Origin: Octopus sinensis
Taxonomy: Eukaryota
Length of the DNA: 64,000 nucleotides
NCBI RefSeq assembly: GCF_006345805.1
Contig: NC_042999.1
Coordinates: 122,388,001 to 122,452,000 of the forward strand
Reading direction: 5' to 3'
Shown piece after piece: positions 13,290 to 26,754 of the stretch. Made by a program: the position numbers and the translations under genes. Positions within the stretch are counted from its first letter, which is position 1; every line of letters begins with the position of its first letter. The notes under the pieces are model-generated. The model was not told where the DNA came from, ran no database searches, and saw only the letters and a program-made list of their open reading frames with translations.

Positions 13290-13775
13290 ATATGGATGTG
13301 TAGTTAAAAAGTTTTCTGCCCAACCACACAGGTTTAGGTTCGTTCCCATTGCACAGCACCTAGGGCAAGTGTCTTTTCTTATAACCACAGGCTGATAAAA
13401 GACTTATGAGTAGATATGAAAAATGAAAAGGGAAAACAAGCTTGTCATATATATATATATATATATGCCAGCACCGCCCCGTTTCGTGTCCGTTGCCAGC
13501 CTCGCCTGGCCCTTGTGCCGGTGGCACATAAAAAGCACCATCCGTTCGTGGCCGTTTGCCAGCTCTGTCTGGCACCTGTGCGGGTGGCACGTAAAAAGCA
13601 CCCACTACACTCACGGAGTGGTTGGCGTTAGGAAGGGCATCCAGCCGTAGAAACACTGCCAGATTTGACTGGGCCTGATGAAGCCTTCTGGCTTCACAGA
13701 CCCCAGTAGAACCGTCCAACCCATGCTAGCATGGAAAACGGATGCTAAACGACGATGATGATGATGATGATGATA
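13290..13775 (+). mobile_element. Composite SINE: family A head, (TA)n, family B minisatellite and tail
   Basis: Head ggatgtgtagttaaaaag..ggttcgttccc..cctagggcaagtgtc; (TA)n at 13447-13465; two ~62-bp units then B tail ending (GAT)n. Confidence 0.82.
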
Positions 13776-15885
13776 AATAAATGCATGTGTATGTATATAT
13801 CCATTTACACATGCACTTGCTTATTTAATCTGTCACTAAATTGTCTGTTCTCTTTATACATTTGAATGCATAAGGAATGAAAGATCTTTCACTTGATAAA
13901 CAAGTAATGGTTAGTTTCAGGAAGGGTATCCAGCTATGAAACAGTACTTCTATAATATTTTCATTTAACCCATGCCAGCATGGGGAAACACATATAAAAT
14001 CAACTGTCAAATAAATATAGCCCGCTTTAATGTACAAGTTGAAAATGTTGAAATTAAAATGCATATTATCTGTACATGAATAGTACATTTCTTTATTATA
14101 GATTTCTGATATAATTTTAATATTTACATAATTGTATTTATAGGCAATCAATGACAAACATAAAAGGCTTTGTTTGTGATATAACTATAAACAAGGGTGT
14201 TAGCGTAATAGCAATATATGTGTGTGTTTGCTATATTGATTGGCACAAAGATTTTGCTTTATGTTCTGCTGTAAAAGTCTGTGTTTCTATGTGATTATGA
14301 ACTGGAAAAATATTCCCACATAATATGTGAGCATTTAACCCAAATACTCCAATGAATCTTGATGCTTCCTTTTAAATCTCATACATATTATATATAATTA
14401 TTACAATTATCTATCAGTTGTTATTTCAAATTATCAATAGATATTAATAAAATAATTTGCAAATTTATTAAAGAAATTCAGATTATCACAAAAAGAGAAT
14501 TTGTAATGGTGTGCTATAGCTGAAACAAATATATTTGGTTTTAAGATGAAAGTACCAATTTATAATCCATTTCAAATTTATAATCTAATGATATTCAAAA
14601 ACCTCAAAGGATAAAACATTTGTTATAGATTAGTATGAATGCAGTAATAATCATTTGTACTCAGTTTAAAATACTCTCAATCTTCTGATTGCTTAGGTCT
14701 ATTTGTTGTTACTAATATCACCATTAGTATAATAGTTTATTCACTGTTTACTAAAATTTGTTTATTATAATGCATACTGTCACTACAGTGTACAAAGACT
14801 TGAATTAGTTACTTATTAGTCACAATTTCAATCATTCTTGCTTTTGAATAAAATCTTGATTCCTACCCTACTCCAATTTTAGGGTTGATACAGATATAAG
14901 AATTCATATGTACCCTTCCTGAAAACAGTAACTTCATTGTCATCACCTTTTACATATCTTGCAACTATGTAAGCAGCAATATTTGCACATTGCATTTCAT
15001 CCACATTTGACAGCTCTAAGATTTTAAATCATTTTATGTGTCTCAATTTTTTTTACTTTTATTTATTAATGGAACTATATACCAGAGATTTACTACCAAA
15101 TAAATTTAACTTTCAGAATGTATTTACGTTTGTGGAGATGAATATAAAAAAAGAAAATATAGAAAAATTTTAAACAAATTTTTACAGTTTGAATGAAATC
15201 TAAAGAAAGGCAAAAATGATTATTTCTGGTAGGTTTGATATTGCACATATAATGAAAATTTAACAAACATCACATTTCAGCAAATGTAATCCATAACATG
15301 CAGCTGGTTCTTTTTTTAATTTATTTGTAATTCACATTAAAGCTGAAAACAAAATAGTTTATAGCAATTCTGTCATCTAATAATATTTCCTACATTTTAA
15401 ACATATTCGGCTATCAAACTTTAAAGGTCTAAAGATTTAGAGCATAACTAATAAACAAAAGATTTCATTCTGTTTAGTATTTTCACATTTGTTTCTTCAT
15501 GGTAAAACAGCTCTTCCACTTTTATCAGTTACAGCTATATTTTTCATCCTAACAACAACCACATAACTATTGTATTTACTTTCAGAGTCTGAGGTAAATA
15601 GAGAGTAATGTTCATTTACTAGAAGCATAATGAAAACCTTTTGGCAAGGCTGAAATTTTCTAGTCAATCAACTTAATTGCTTTGCTATATGACACTGAGT
15701 GATACAATATTAATATTTTACATAATTAATGGAAATTTAATGGCATATATTTCAAAGGGAATATTTACCCAATGTGAAATTGTAAATTTTGTTGAAGCAT
15801 ATCACTAAGAATAATTAATGTATTTTCATAGTATTTTATATATTAGAATATTAGTTGTAAAAAATGTTTTTTAAGTATACTTCTG

Positions 15886-15886
<1 letters not shown>

Positions 15887-15941
<55 letters not shown>
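15887..15941. repeat. (TA)n microsatellite
   Basis: Directly visible. Confidence 0.97.
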
Positions 15942-15945
<4 letters not shown>

Positions 15946-16199
15946 TGTATGTATAAAGCTTTCACAACAACAGCACTGGTGTTCACAGAGTGTTAGCAAG
16001 AACATTACATGGATAGAAAGAGCTACAACACAAGATGGTGCTGTGCAGAACGACTGCCGATACTTTTGGGGGATAGGGCATTATCAGTGACCTTCACCAT
16101 CTGATATTCATTTTCACTGTATATCATAAATTATAGAATTCTGAAAACAAAGATATCAAGATGCTTAACATTGAATAGTTTCATGAGACACATCACTCT

Positions 16200-16760
16200 A
16201 TGACTATGGTGTTGCAGTATCCAAGGCTTTGATCTCTACGTGGCTTATTAAGATTAACATAAATTACTTTGGTTGTCTGATGTAACCTGACAAATGAATT
16301 TTAACCTCAAATGGTAGATATGTAAAGCAGTGGATTTTTATTCCAGGATGTGAGAAAGTACTTTTAATGCGGAACCACCAGTGATTTCACAACCAGCTCT
16401 GGTTGGCACTGAAGTCATGCATTATGATAGGCATATTATTTCCTCAATCCTCTTTATGACGATTATAGAATTAGCATTGAGAGATACTTGCCATCCCAAA
16501 AACCATGTGATGCTTTTAGGAATGGCAACACTATCATAGTGCTTACAATGATAGATGCTAAATCCATCCTATCCTAATTGGACGAATTGTTCCTGTGATG
16601 AAGACTGCATCCCAAAGCTGACCTTTGAGTGGACGGGTCCTTGGGAGGGTGATAATTAAGTAGGCATAAGAAAGGATTCTAGAAATTATGTGAAATATGA
16701 GACTGGAAATGTACGATACTTCCTGTTGTAGCAACAATATATTTGGGGCTAATAATTTGA
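16200..16760 (+). mobile_element. Highly decayed RTE-like LINE 3' relic
   Basis: Conceptual translation near 16580-16710 (G.IV..DEDCIPKLTFE...GIRKDSRNYVK) loosely resembles the RTE GHV.RM..R.PK..GRP.KRW.D..K motif; many stops. Confidence 0.35.
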
Positions 16761-16899
16761 TCTACAGTATCTCACCTGGTTAACATTGGACTTTGAAAGG
16801 ACAGCAGAGCAATTATTTGCGAACTGATGAAGGAAAAAAATGCTTCATTATTGATATTGATATGAGAGATATACTAAAGCTGAGAGCAAAATACAAATC

Positions 16900-17285
16900 T
16901 TCATCAAAATCAAAATCAAAATCAAAATCGTAATCGATCAACATCAGTGAAATTTGTAGCTGTGATACCAGTGCCAGTGGCACGTAAGAGAACCATCCGA
17001 ACGTGGCCATAGCCAGCACCGCCCTGACTGGCCTCCATGCCGGTGACACATAAAAAGCACCATCCGATAGTGGCCGTTTGTCAGCCTTGTCTGGCACCTG
17101 TGCCGGTTGCAGGTAAAAAGCACCCACTACACTCACGGAGTGGTTGGCGTTAGGAAGGGCATCCACCTGTAGAAACATTGCCAGATCAGACTGGGCCTGG
17201 TGCAGCCTTCTGGCTTCCCAGACCCCAGCTGAACCGTCCAACCCATGCTAGCATGGAAAGCGGACCTTAAACAATGATGATGATG
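16900..17285 (+). mobile_element. Family B element with (TCAAAA)n leader, minisatellite units and (GAT)n tail
   Basis: tcaaaa x4, gtagctgtgataccagtgcc, units with aaaagcaccatccg, tail ccatgctagcatggaaagcggac. Confidence 0.9.
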
Positions 17286-18039
17286 AATAGTAAAATAATA
17301 TAGTTAATGCAAAGTTCGTGTTGTTGTGACAGTACTCAATTTAGTATAGGGACTGCATAGATACCATAAAGAAAACATGCTATATTATGTGCTAAAACTG
17401 CTTGGATATTCTCTTATTACATCGATACTGGAGTTGAAACTCTTGGAAGGTGCTAAATTATTGTTAACTTCAGCCAATAAGCCAATGAAAGCATTGTCAA
17501 CATTGCAAGCTACACACACACACACACACGTATGCACGCATGCACACACAAACACACATGCACACACATTATTGACATCATGTGAATTTATAAAACTTTC
17601 AACAGATCATGAACTAATTCTTTCTTTGAAATATCATGAATGACATACAATGTTATAAATAACAGTATGTAAATATTAAGTTGGGAAACCTTTTTGCATT
17701 GAATAAAATGGCAAAGGCTACTCTTTGGTTTATTCTATCCAAAAGTATTTTTCAATCCATTATTTACATGTTGTTATTTATGGCTTTATGTGTGTGTTTC
17801 ATGATATACAAAAGAAAGAATTAGTTCAAGTTCTCTTGAAAGTTTATAAATTCTTATGACTTCAGTGACATACAATGTTTGCTAGTAGGAATAGAATGGA
17901 CAGAGAAATTCGAAGGATTTGGTCCAATGGTAAAATGCCTGTTGTGTTTACAGGAGATAAATACACACACACACATACATACATACATGGAGGCTGCCCC
18001 CTCGTTATCAAGTATGGCCATTGCATGAATCTAAATCAA

Positions 18040-18497
18040 TGTTGTTATCGTGCACTGAGTCAATCTTACTCACTAAGCAACAGCAGCCATAATCTGAAAA
18101 GAAGAAAAAGTCAACATCATCGGTAACCACTGAACTGCAGGTTTTATGTTAGAGTTATCCCAGTTACCTGAGTTACCTTCTCCTAGAAGGATGCCCTATC
18201 AAAGGCTAGGAGTCCTTCACTCCCAATGGTTTAACCACGCGATTGGGTATTCAGTCCGATTATTTTTATGTCCTCATGCATGATACAGCCCTAAGACATT
18301 TATTGGATGGCCGTTGACTCTCAAGAGTTCCTCTGCCCTTTGACAGGTTTTGTTTTTCATCACACAGAGTGTCCAATAAACACCCTCCTCACCAAGTAAG
18401 CTTGGTGGGGTTGCCGGTTTAGTTGCCGACGACCCGACCATGCAACAGGTTGTACTGGGTTACATGTTACCAGTAGCACTCGAAAGTGACCTGGCAT
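18040..18497 (-). mobile_element. RTE-like 5' leader fragment, copy 1
   Basis: Minus strand has gcatccttctaggagaaggtaactc..taacataaaacc, resembling the RTE/BovB 5' UTR motif ctaggagaaggaaaactc; homologous to 18560-18992 and 48888-49235. Confidence 0.55.
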
Positions 18498-18559
18498 AAC
18501 ATACATCCATACATACATGTGTATATGATGGTTGTCAGCTCATAAACAAATATGACCAT

Positions 18560-18992
18560 CACTGATAAAGCAATGCAGACTCTCCCCATCTGATTGACAT
18601 GAACCAGCTACAAGATATTTAGTGTCAATATGGATTGCAGGCTCAAAAATTTGGGAGCACCATGATCTCAAGTGCAAGCATAAGATCCCCAAAATGTCCA
18701 CTTCCATTCCCTGCATATCTGGCTTTTATATCTAAAGACATGTTTTCACAAAACGCTGAATGGTGATTTGATCCCAGTGATCTTCCAGTATACTAGACAG
18801 GAACCTAGAATTTCTGAGAGACTGTACTATTTCTAGATAGTTATTGAATTATACTTATACTGGGTCTCTAGAAAACTTCCTCACCAGGTTAGCCTGGTAG
18901 TGGTAGCTGATGACCGGTTCATACAACAAGCTGTATTGGATTCCATGTTACCAATCGCTCTTGTGAGAGACTACACAAGAGACCTGACATAC
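18560..18992 (-). mobile_element. RTE-like 5' leader fragment, copy 2, more diverged
   Basis: Starts gtcaggtc after (GTAT)n; same hairpin order as copy 1; weak VDILGI similarity to an APE endonuclease N-terminus near 18690. Confidence 0.45.
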
Positions 18993-19221
18993 ATAAATAG
19001 ATACATACATAAGAAATGATATAGTAAATATATAATATATAATATGTTGCAACTCAAGGTTTCACAAACAATACTCTCATATCATATGGTTTATTATGAT
19101 ACAGAATATATGATGTAACAGTATAGATTTAAGAAGTTATAAGAAGCCCATCTAATTACATATAATAATGTAAAGGATGAGTTTTTCCTTTGAGTAGTTA
19201 AAAATAAACAATGTCATGTAA

Positions 19222-19277
<56 letters not shown>
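19222..19277. repeat. (TA)n microsatellite
   Basis: Directly visible. Confidence 0.97.
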
Positions 19278-19281
<4 letters not shown>

Positions 19282-19293
19282 AATTATTCATGT

Positions 19294-19925
19294 ATTTGAT
19301 GGGCTTGAAAAAAGTAGAAGTGCCCATGGCCTTTGTAACAGGCCATCTCAGGCTGGTGAAACTGAAGCCATTAATGTCCTCTTGAAGTTTTCTAAGTCAA
19401 TACTTATGGTTGAAACAGGGAAGGCATTCTATAGGTTGAAATTCTGGAAGAAGAACTTTTACCATATGCATCAATATTACATTGGGTTTTGCCAAAAGCT
19501 TGGTGAATATCAAGCTCAAACCATCCTGAAGATTAAGCAGGTTTTTTAGTGATGAAGCTATGGGCAAAACTCAGATGTGATACAACCACTTGAAACATAG
19601 CCTTACCTTAGTGGAGAGCGATGTATGCTCAGGAAGGCTAAACAAGCAGCTAATTGAGAAGGTTCAGTGAACAGTCATGGAAGTCTATTATATAACATTC
19701 CAGGAAATTGCTCATGAAGTGGAAATAAGTACACAATTAATGCATTTAATGGAGGATTTGTGCATGTGGGGAGTGTCAGTGAAATTCATCCACAATATAC
19801 TGGTGGAGCAGCAGAAGCAACACTTCATGGAACTAACTCAGGGCATGTTGGACTGTATAAACCACAACCTACACTTCATGAAGAACATCATCATTGGTGA
19901 TAAGACAGGGTTTTGTGGTATCTGC
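19294..19925 (+). mobile_element. mariner transposase N-terminal relic
   Basis: HQYYIGFCQKLGEYQAQTILKIKQVFSDEAMGKTQ; ITFQEIAHEVEIS; VSVKFI; KNIIIGDKT (degenerate TGDET, first catalytic D region). Confidence 0.75.
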
Positions 19926-20319
19926 TTGATGCATTCGATCATTTGGCATGAAAACAAGAATTTGAATAGTGCCAACAACATTACAGCTATTACATAATTC
20001 CCAGTTCCCCGGAAAAAAAACTATCAGGCCTAAAATACCATACCCTCTTTCCTTAATTTTCTGTATTTTTCATACTCTCTAAATTTGTTATGCAAATATA
20101 TATCTATAAACTTATGCACAAATATTTATCAAACCCAGGTTTGCATCACTATCTCCTTATCAGCTTACCTGGATTCCTCTTATAGCCACTCTTTATGAAG
20201 GTAGTCCTCAGTAAAGACTTTGGAGTATAAGTTCAAGCCATTTCAGCACTTCTACATGCTTTCTGTGTTGAGCATTCTAGATTTCATCTGTTGACTACAC
20301 ACATACACATATTAATAGA

Positions 20320-21113
20320 GGTTCTGTGAAATTATTGTATAACTGCTGCCCCAATATGAAGAGTATCATCACATGAGGTCAATATCAAGAGCCAAAATCT
20401 GGTTGTAACTGTCATGACCCAGGATCCTGTCCACTTGATCAAAGATATATGATCAAATCTGTCATATATGAGGCAGAAGCTACTGCAATGCTAAATGATA
20501 ATACAACAGATAAGAAGACTTATATTGGATTATGTGAAGGAGAACTTAAAAATCACTATGTCAACGACATAGCCTCCTTCCAACATAAAGACAAAAGCAA
20601 AGCTACAAAGTTGGCTAGCCATGTATGGAGTTTGAAAGCTAGCGAAACATCACATATGATTAAGTGGAAAATAACTGAGACATCCACACCTTACATTAAT
20701 GGATCAAATAAATTTAGGCTATGTTTAGCTGAAAGAGGTCAATATCTTTTCAGATCTAAGATCCCTAACCCTCTACTGAAATCTAGGTCTGAAATTTTCA
20801 GAGGTTGCAAACATATGTACAAATATATTTTGAAGAATTGGAAAATTCTGCCTATACCTGATTAACTTGTTGATAACCAGCCTTATAATTTAAGGTCTAT
20901 GGAGGATAACTCTTTTATCTTTTTTACATTTTACATTTTACTTTTTATGTTTTCATTTTCTATTTTCTAACCTTCTGCATTTTCTATATGTTGCCTTTTC
21001 AGCTTCTTCCCATTTCTTCTCCTATTCAATGTTTTTAGTTCATTATGATATATGCTTTGTTCCTGATTAATATGTTCGAGATATTTCTCTTCATATGAAA
21101 CTATTAGTAGCAC
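20320..21113 (+). mobile_element. Penelope-like element 3' relic (GIY-YIG, CNC..CPL type) with downstream pLTR/HHR
   Basis: VKLLYNCCPNMKSII; CNCHDPGSCPL; SVIYEA..KTYIGLCEGELK; LASHVWSLK; RLCLAE; LLKSRSEIFRGCKH; T-rich tract then HHR motif. Confidence 0.85.
21059..21113 (+). ncRNA. Degenerate type I hammerhead ribozyme motif
   Basis: gttc-CTGATTA-atatg..(gaga/tctc)..catat-GAAA-ct att ag-TA-gcac; stem II atatg/catat, GUA triplet; core has G-to-T change and stem I one mismatch. Confidence 0.65.
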
Positions 21114-24100
21114 TTAAAGAGACATGTATTGTGTCCCTTAAATAAATAATGTTTATCTCTCACCAGATGGAGTACTTTTTTGTTGATCTTTCTATCATGG
21201 AACAGTACATTATATATATATATAAATATATCATTATAATCAAGGATAAAATTTATATAAGACTTTATCATGTAGCTAGCATATAAAAAACCATTCAGGT
21301 AAAAATTAATACTAGGAATTTAATTTTATAAATATAATTATAAAATTATAATAAGGGCAACTACTGAGTAATGCCACATGCTAGAGGAAGATGCTAAATG
21401 GCTCTAAAACTACCATATTTATCACATAGACATGGGCTGAAAGTGAGGGAATGAATAAAACAGCTTTTTTAAAAGGTTTAACCATAGATTGATTTCTGGT
21501 TTAGGGATGTAATACCACTTTACCGTCCTCAATATGATATAATCAAAAGTACATAATTGTAAACATTTGTACATACCATACAAACACAATGTATCCACAG
21601 TGCATATGCAAATGTTCATACTTATATACAAGTTAAATCTAATTCGTTCATCTCAGCCACGTTTGAATAACCAAAATAATTCAGCAGCAAATAAATTTGG
21701 TTTAAGTGAATTCATATTTATCATTATAATTGAGGATAAAATCTTTATTGGATTTTCTCAAGTAGCTAACATATATTGTCTTTGTATATGTAAGTACGTG
21801 TGATATGTAAAGGTTTTAAGGATATAATATTACTTCTCATAAGCATTTGTAACAATTTTCACAAATTACAAACTAATGTGTAAGTAATATTTCAAATTGG
21901 AAATGAAATCTGAACTATAAAATATACTCTTTGTTAAGAACAATTAAATGCCAAATAGCTAACCTATATTTACGAATGTAAAAGTTTCAGCTGTTATACA
22001 TCTGTTTGAATGCATTGTAAAACAGCAAAGAAAATGCTTCTATAAAAGAACTTGTTTAATGAAGTAATGAAATATACAATCAGCTGTTAACTACTCAATA
22101 AACATTCTTGTATAACATTAGTTAACAGAAATTTTTCAAGTCAGTGGCATGTTTCATTGAAACTCTAAGTTGAAAGTAAATTCAAGTAGTAAATGTTAAA
22201 TATTTTTGATAAAGTTTTGTTTTATGCATGTTTTTATTGTTTATTTTGCTATTAATGTTTCTCTCTGAAGCATAGCATTAAAGTTCACTTATAATATGTG
22301 GATTTTAGCTACCTTTTTTATTAATTTCAGTGACATTTAAAGATTGTTTATTTGTACTTCTGTTAAGTTCCTGCTTATGTCTTTTATCCCATGGAGTGAG
22401 AATTAATAGTATTTTCTTAATAATGAACTTAAAATATGTTATTTTCATTTGATTTGTCATTGTGTATGTATGTGTGTGTGTGTATGTATTCTAGGTTTTA
22501 TTGTTAATCCAGAAGGGAATTGATATTTGTCCATTTAATAACTTTAATATAATAAATCATGAACATATAACTCTATGTAGTATAGTTCCATAATGGTATA
22601 TTGCTTAAGTGAAAGTTCATTCAAAGTATAAACAAAATTTGCAATTTAAAAACTTTTGATAGAAATACTAATTTCAGTGCTAAAAAATAGTTCTAAAAAA
22701 AAAACATTTTTTACTAGAAGGAAGAAATATTTATGTTTTCCTGTATCAAACAATGTAACAAATGCTCTTCTGGTACAGCAAGTAAAATGTCTGAGTAAAT
22801 GCTTAATAAATAATATTTCCTTTATAGTTTCAAAAAGTAATACTTTTAAGATAAAAAGATAAACTAATATTAATATTGGTGATTAATGGGAAATGTTTAT
22901 CATTTTGAATCAAAGTGTATAAAATAAATTTATTTAATTTTTCATTATCTCTTTAGTTCTTGAAAGATCAACCTGTCAGTGATCAGATTAATTGTAAATA
23001 TATATATCACAGCATCTGAATTTGCTAATGCTGTTAAAAGAATGAACACACTTTTATTGCTTGTTTTCTTTTCCTTTTTAAGATTCAAGAGTCTATTTTT
23101 TGGGTCATAGTTAAAACAAAAAGATTTTAGGAAAATTAATTGAATAATTAATTGAAGAACATTTCTTTCATAATTGAATATCTCTGATTTATTTTACCTT
23201 AAATGTTTATGTGCATGTCTGTATGTGCACATATTTGTGTGGGTATTTCTATGCATTTGTGTAATTCATGCATGATATTTTTGTCTCATAACTTTAAGAA
23301 GGCAATCAATTTATATTTAAAAAATACAATTATGGACTTAAGAAAAGAATCAGAATTGACATTTGGAATATTATATTCTTAGAAAGCAAAAAAAAAAAAA
23401 ATCTACTAAATCTATTTTTCTATTTTCAGTTGACTACTTATTGATGTAATACAATGGGTAGTTATTCATCATAAGAGAAATTATGAACTTCAGTAAAGCA
23501 ACATATCACATTCATTTTTATTGAAGTAAAATTACTTAGCTAATGGTCACTTAATAATGAATATAAAAGTATCAAAATTTGGCTGAAAATTTTTGAGATT
23601 TACAAACATTCAGAAATTTTTTAATGAATATTTGGTTTTAGATATGTTGAAAGTAAAACAATTTCAAATTTCCTAAATTAGTAATTTTAAATAATTATGT
23701 TTATAATTACTTGTGTGTGTGTGTAGGGGGGTGTACTAATGGAGACTCAAAGTTATTTTATTTAGAATAACCCATCTTTAACATGAAAATAGACATTAAA
23801 ATATTTCTAGATGTTTGCAAAATCTCAAGGAAAGAAAAATTCAAGCTAATATTAGACACATTTTTTACTCTTATTATTTAACAATCATTAGCTAAGTAAT
23901 GATACTTCAATAAACGTTAATGTGATACAAGTTACTTTACTGAAGTTCTTTTATCATGAATAATTATTCAATTAGTAGTCATTTGAAGATAGAGAAATGT
24001 ATTTAGTGGTTTTCATTTTCTAAGAATGTAATATTCTAAATGTCAGTTCTAATTTCCTTAAGTCTACAATCAAATTTTTAAAATATGAATTAAATATATG

Positions 24101-25578
24101 CATATATGAATGAATATACATATGTACATATGTGTATACGTAATATGTATGTATAAAGTAGATTTTGGCATTTCTTATAAAATGATCTAAATGAATTAGA
24201 ATATTTTGCTACATTATGGAAATATATTAAGTTTTAATTTCGTAATGAGCCAGCCTCATGCTTCATTATTCCTTCTTCAAAAAAGACAGTACTTAATCCT
24301 TCCTTCATCACATACATATTAATTGTCATTTCTTTCTTCTGTTTTGATTATAAGCGTTAGCTATTATTGGTTCAGTTTATTTCTCTTACAATATTTTGAT
24401 ATTTGAATTTGTGATGCATTTTGAATATAATTTTTTGTGTATATTTATTTGAAATTGATATTGTCATATGAAAATAAGTTTTTTTGTATTTCACTATAAA
24501 GTTTGAGATAATTTGATTATAAAAAAAATTTTCTCTATGAATTTTTTTTTATTCTTATGATATAAGTTGATAAGATTTATCCATTTTTTGTAATGAGTTG
24601 CTGTGAAAGCACAATGAATACACATCTGCAGCTAAGGGAGTCATGAAATTTTCCTTATAAATATCATCAAGAAAACCAGAATTCACAAAATATTTTTACA
24701 AAAGTTGTAATTAATCTTATCATAATCAAATAAAGTATTATCAAAAAAATGGATAGATTTTGTGTTTGAATGCCATAAATATTTAATTCAGGAAAAGCAT
24801 AGGATGTAATTTATATATATGCAGGGATGTTATTCTACATGCTTTAAATAAAATGCTATAATCAGCCATACACATACATCATACATACACATATGTATGT
24901 GTTTATGTACATATGTATGTGAGTGTGTGGAAAGAGAGAAAGAGAGAGAGATACTACAAAGTGAGAATACTATGAAATTTATATTAGAAATAGAAAGAGA
25001 CAAAGTGTAAAAAAAAACATTCTTTTTCTAATATTTAGAATTATCTTAATAAAAATTCATAACTAAACTATATGAATTTTTATGATTAAAATTTATGAAA
25101 TAAGTTTTTAAACCTGATTTTTTTAAAGTTAGCCAGTAAAAATTTCTGACATTTACAAAAATTATATTAATAGATTTTATATCTCTTCTACATCATAGTA
25201 ATATTGTGGATGTATATATATATCACTCAATTTTATTATCACTGAATTATATTATTATAGAATGATTTTTAACATATGACAGAAACAGGAAGGCTTTGGA
25301 CATAAAGCCTTGTTGTGCTTATTACATTCCTTTACAGTCTAAGTTCAATGCCTGCTGTTGTTAATTCTGTTTTTCTTCTGGCATTGATAAAATGTCAGTC
25401 AAGTATAAGAATCAGCAAAATTTACTATACATTTCTTTTACAACAATGTTGAAAATAATATATGAAACACAAGTGAATTGATAAATATAATAGAATATTA
25501 GATTATATACTTTATGATTTCTTTAAACATTTCTTGAACAGTTCTTAATTGTCAAAGGAATAAAATAGGTAGCATCTA

Positions 25579-26754
25579 CAGGGTGCATAAGGTATTTGAG
25601 GACATACCTTTTTTGGGTCATTACTGCATTTTTTTACTAACTGTATATAATCTTTGTTTCAGAAAATAATAATGGCAGACTCTCAGCTTACTCAAGAAAT
25701 GAAGAGACATGCTGTTATTTTGGTTATAAAGACTGAGCATGGTGATTTAGAAATATCTTGATATTTAAAAGTTTGTATAAAGAGAAGCATAAAAAGCATT
25801 CTAAATGCTCTGAAATCATCAGAACACCTGAATTTATCCAGCAAATTCAACCGATCATTGATTACAATCCCAGAACGTCCATGATGTCAATTGCAAATGA
25901 TCTCCATGTGTCATAAGGAACAGTCAGAAATGTTGCTCTTGAAGACATCAGATATAAGTCTTATATGATGAGGAAAGGTCAATTTGTCTGAAAAACCAAA
26001 AGAAAATCACTGCATAAGATCTAAAAGGCTCTTAAACAAACTGAAAAATCCAGCAGAAGAAGATTTGGTTTTTCTCAAACGAGAAAAACTTTGACCAAGA
26101 TCAAAAAGTTAATAGAAGAAATGACAGATGGTTATGTGCAGACCCTTCTGAAGTTCCAAGTGTTATGCATACAAAATTTCCTGAAACTGTCATGGAGAGG
26201 TTATCAGCTATGAAGGGCATGTGATGCCTCCTTACTTCTTTCCACAAGCCTTAGAGTTAACTCTGCCACCTACACTGAGGTCCTGGAAATAATTATTAAG
26301 CCTTGGATAGACAGTGTATGCAATGGGCAGAGTATGTGTTTCAGTAAGACTGCACTAATATACATGGCCCTAGTAACACAGGAATGGATTCCTGAAAATT
26401 TTCATGATCACATAACCCCTAATTCCCCAGATCTCAATCCATTGGACTATGACATGTGGAGCGTTGCTGAGAGAGAGAGAGAGGTCAATGAAGATGTCCA
26501 TATCACCAAAGATTCTTTGAAGGCTACCATTGTCACAGTAATGAACCAGAACCACTTGATTCGAGCATGTAAATGATTTAGATCTCATATAAAAGCAGTT
26601 GTTGAAGCTGAAGGTGGCTTTATTGACTAACGTTATAGAAAAGGTTTATTTTATCCTCATGACATTTTTTGACAAATAAAGTTATTATCTGTTATAATAT
26701 ATCTGGGTTTTTTTTATAAGCATAAAGCTGTCCTCAAATATCTTACATACCCTG
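25579..26754 (+). mobile_element. Complete Tc1/mariner-superfamily transposon, maT/DD37D-like, defective transposase
   Basis: 26-bp TIRs cagggtgcataaggtatttgaggaca / tgtcctcaaatatcttacataccctg (4 mismatches), TA both sides; FSNEKNFDQDQKVNRRNDRW, TKFP, PNSPDLNPLDY; frameshifts and stops. Confidence 0.9.

Noticed and set aside
13670-13710. CTGATGA plus hairpin agcc/ggct in family B tail as a hammerhead
   Set aside because: No GAAA follows, and other copies read ctggtgca at this position.
20374-20376. In-frame TGA as selenocysteine in the Penelope relic
   Set aside because: Not at a conserved Cys position; more likely decay. No SECIS recognised.
22957-23458. Pair of plus-strand microexons (22957-22993 and from 23430)
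   Set aside because: Good acceptors, but the second has stops in all three frames before the TGG/gtag donor.
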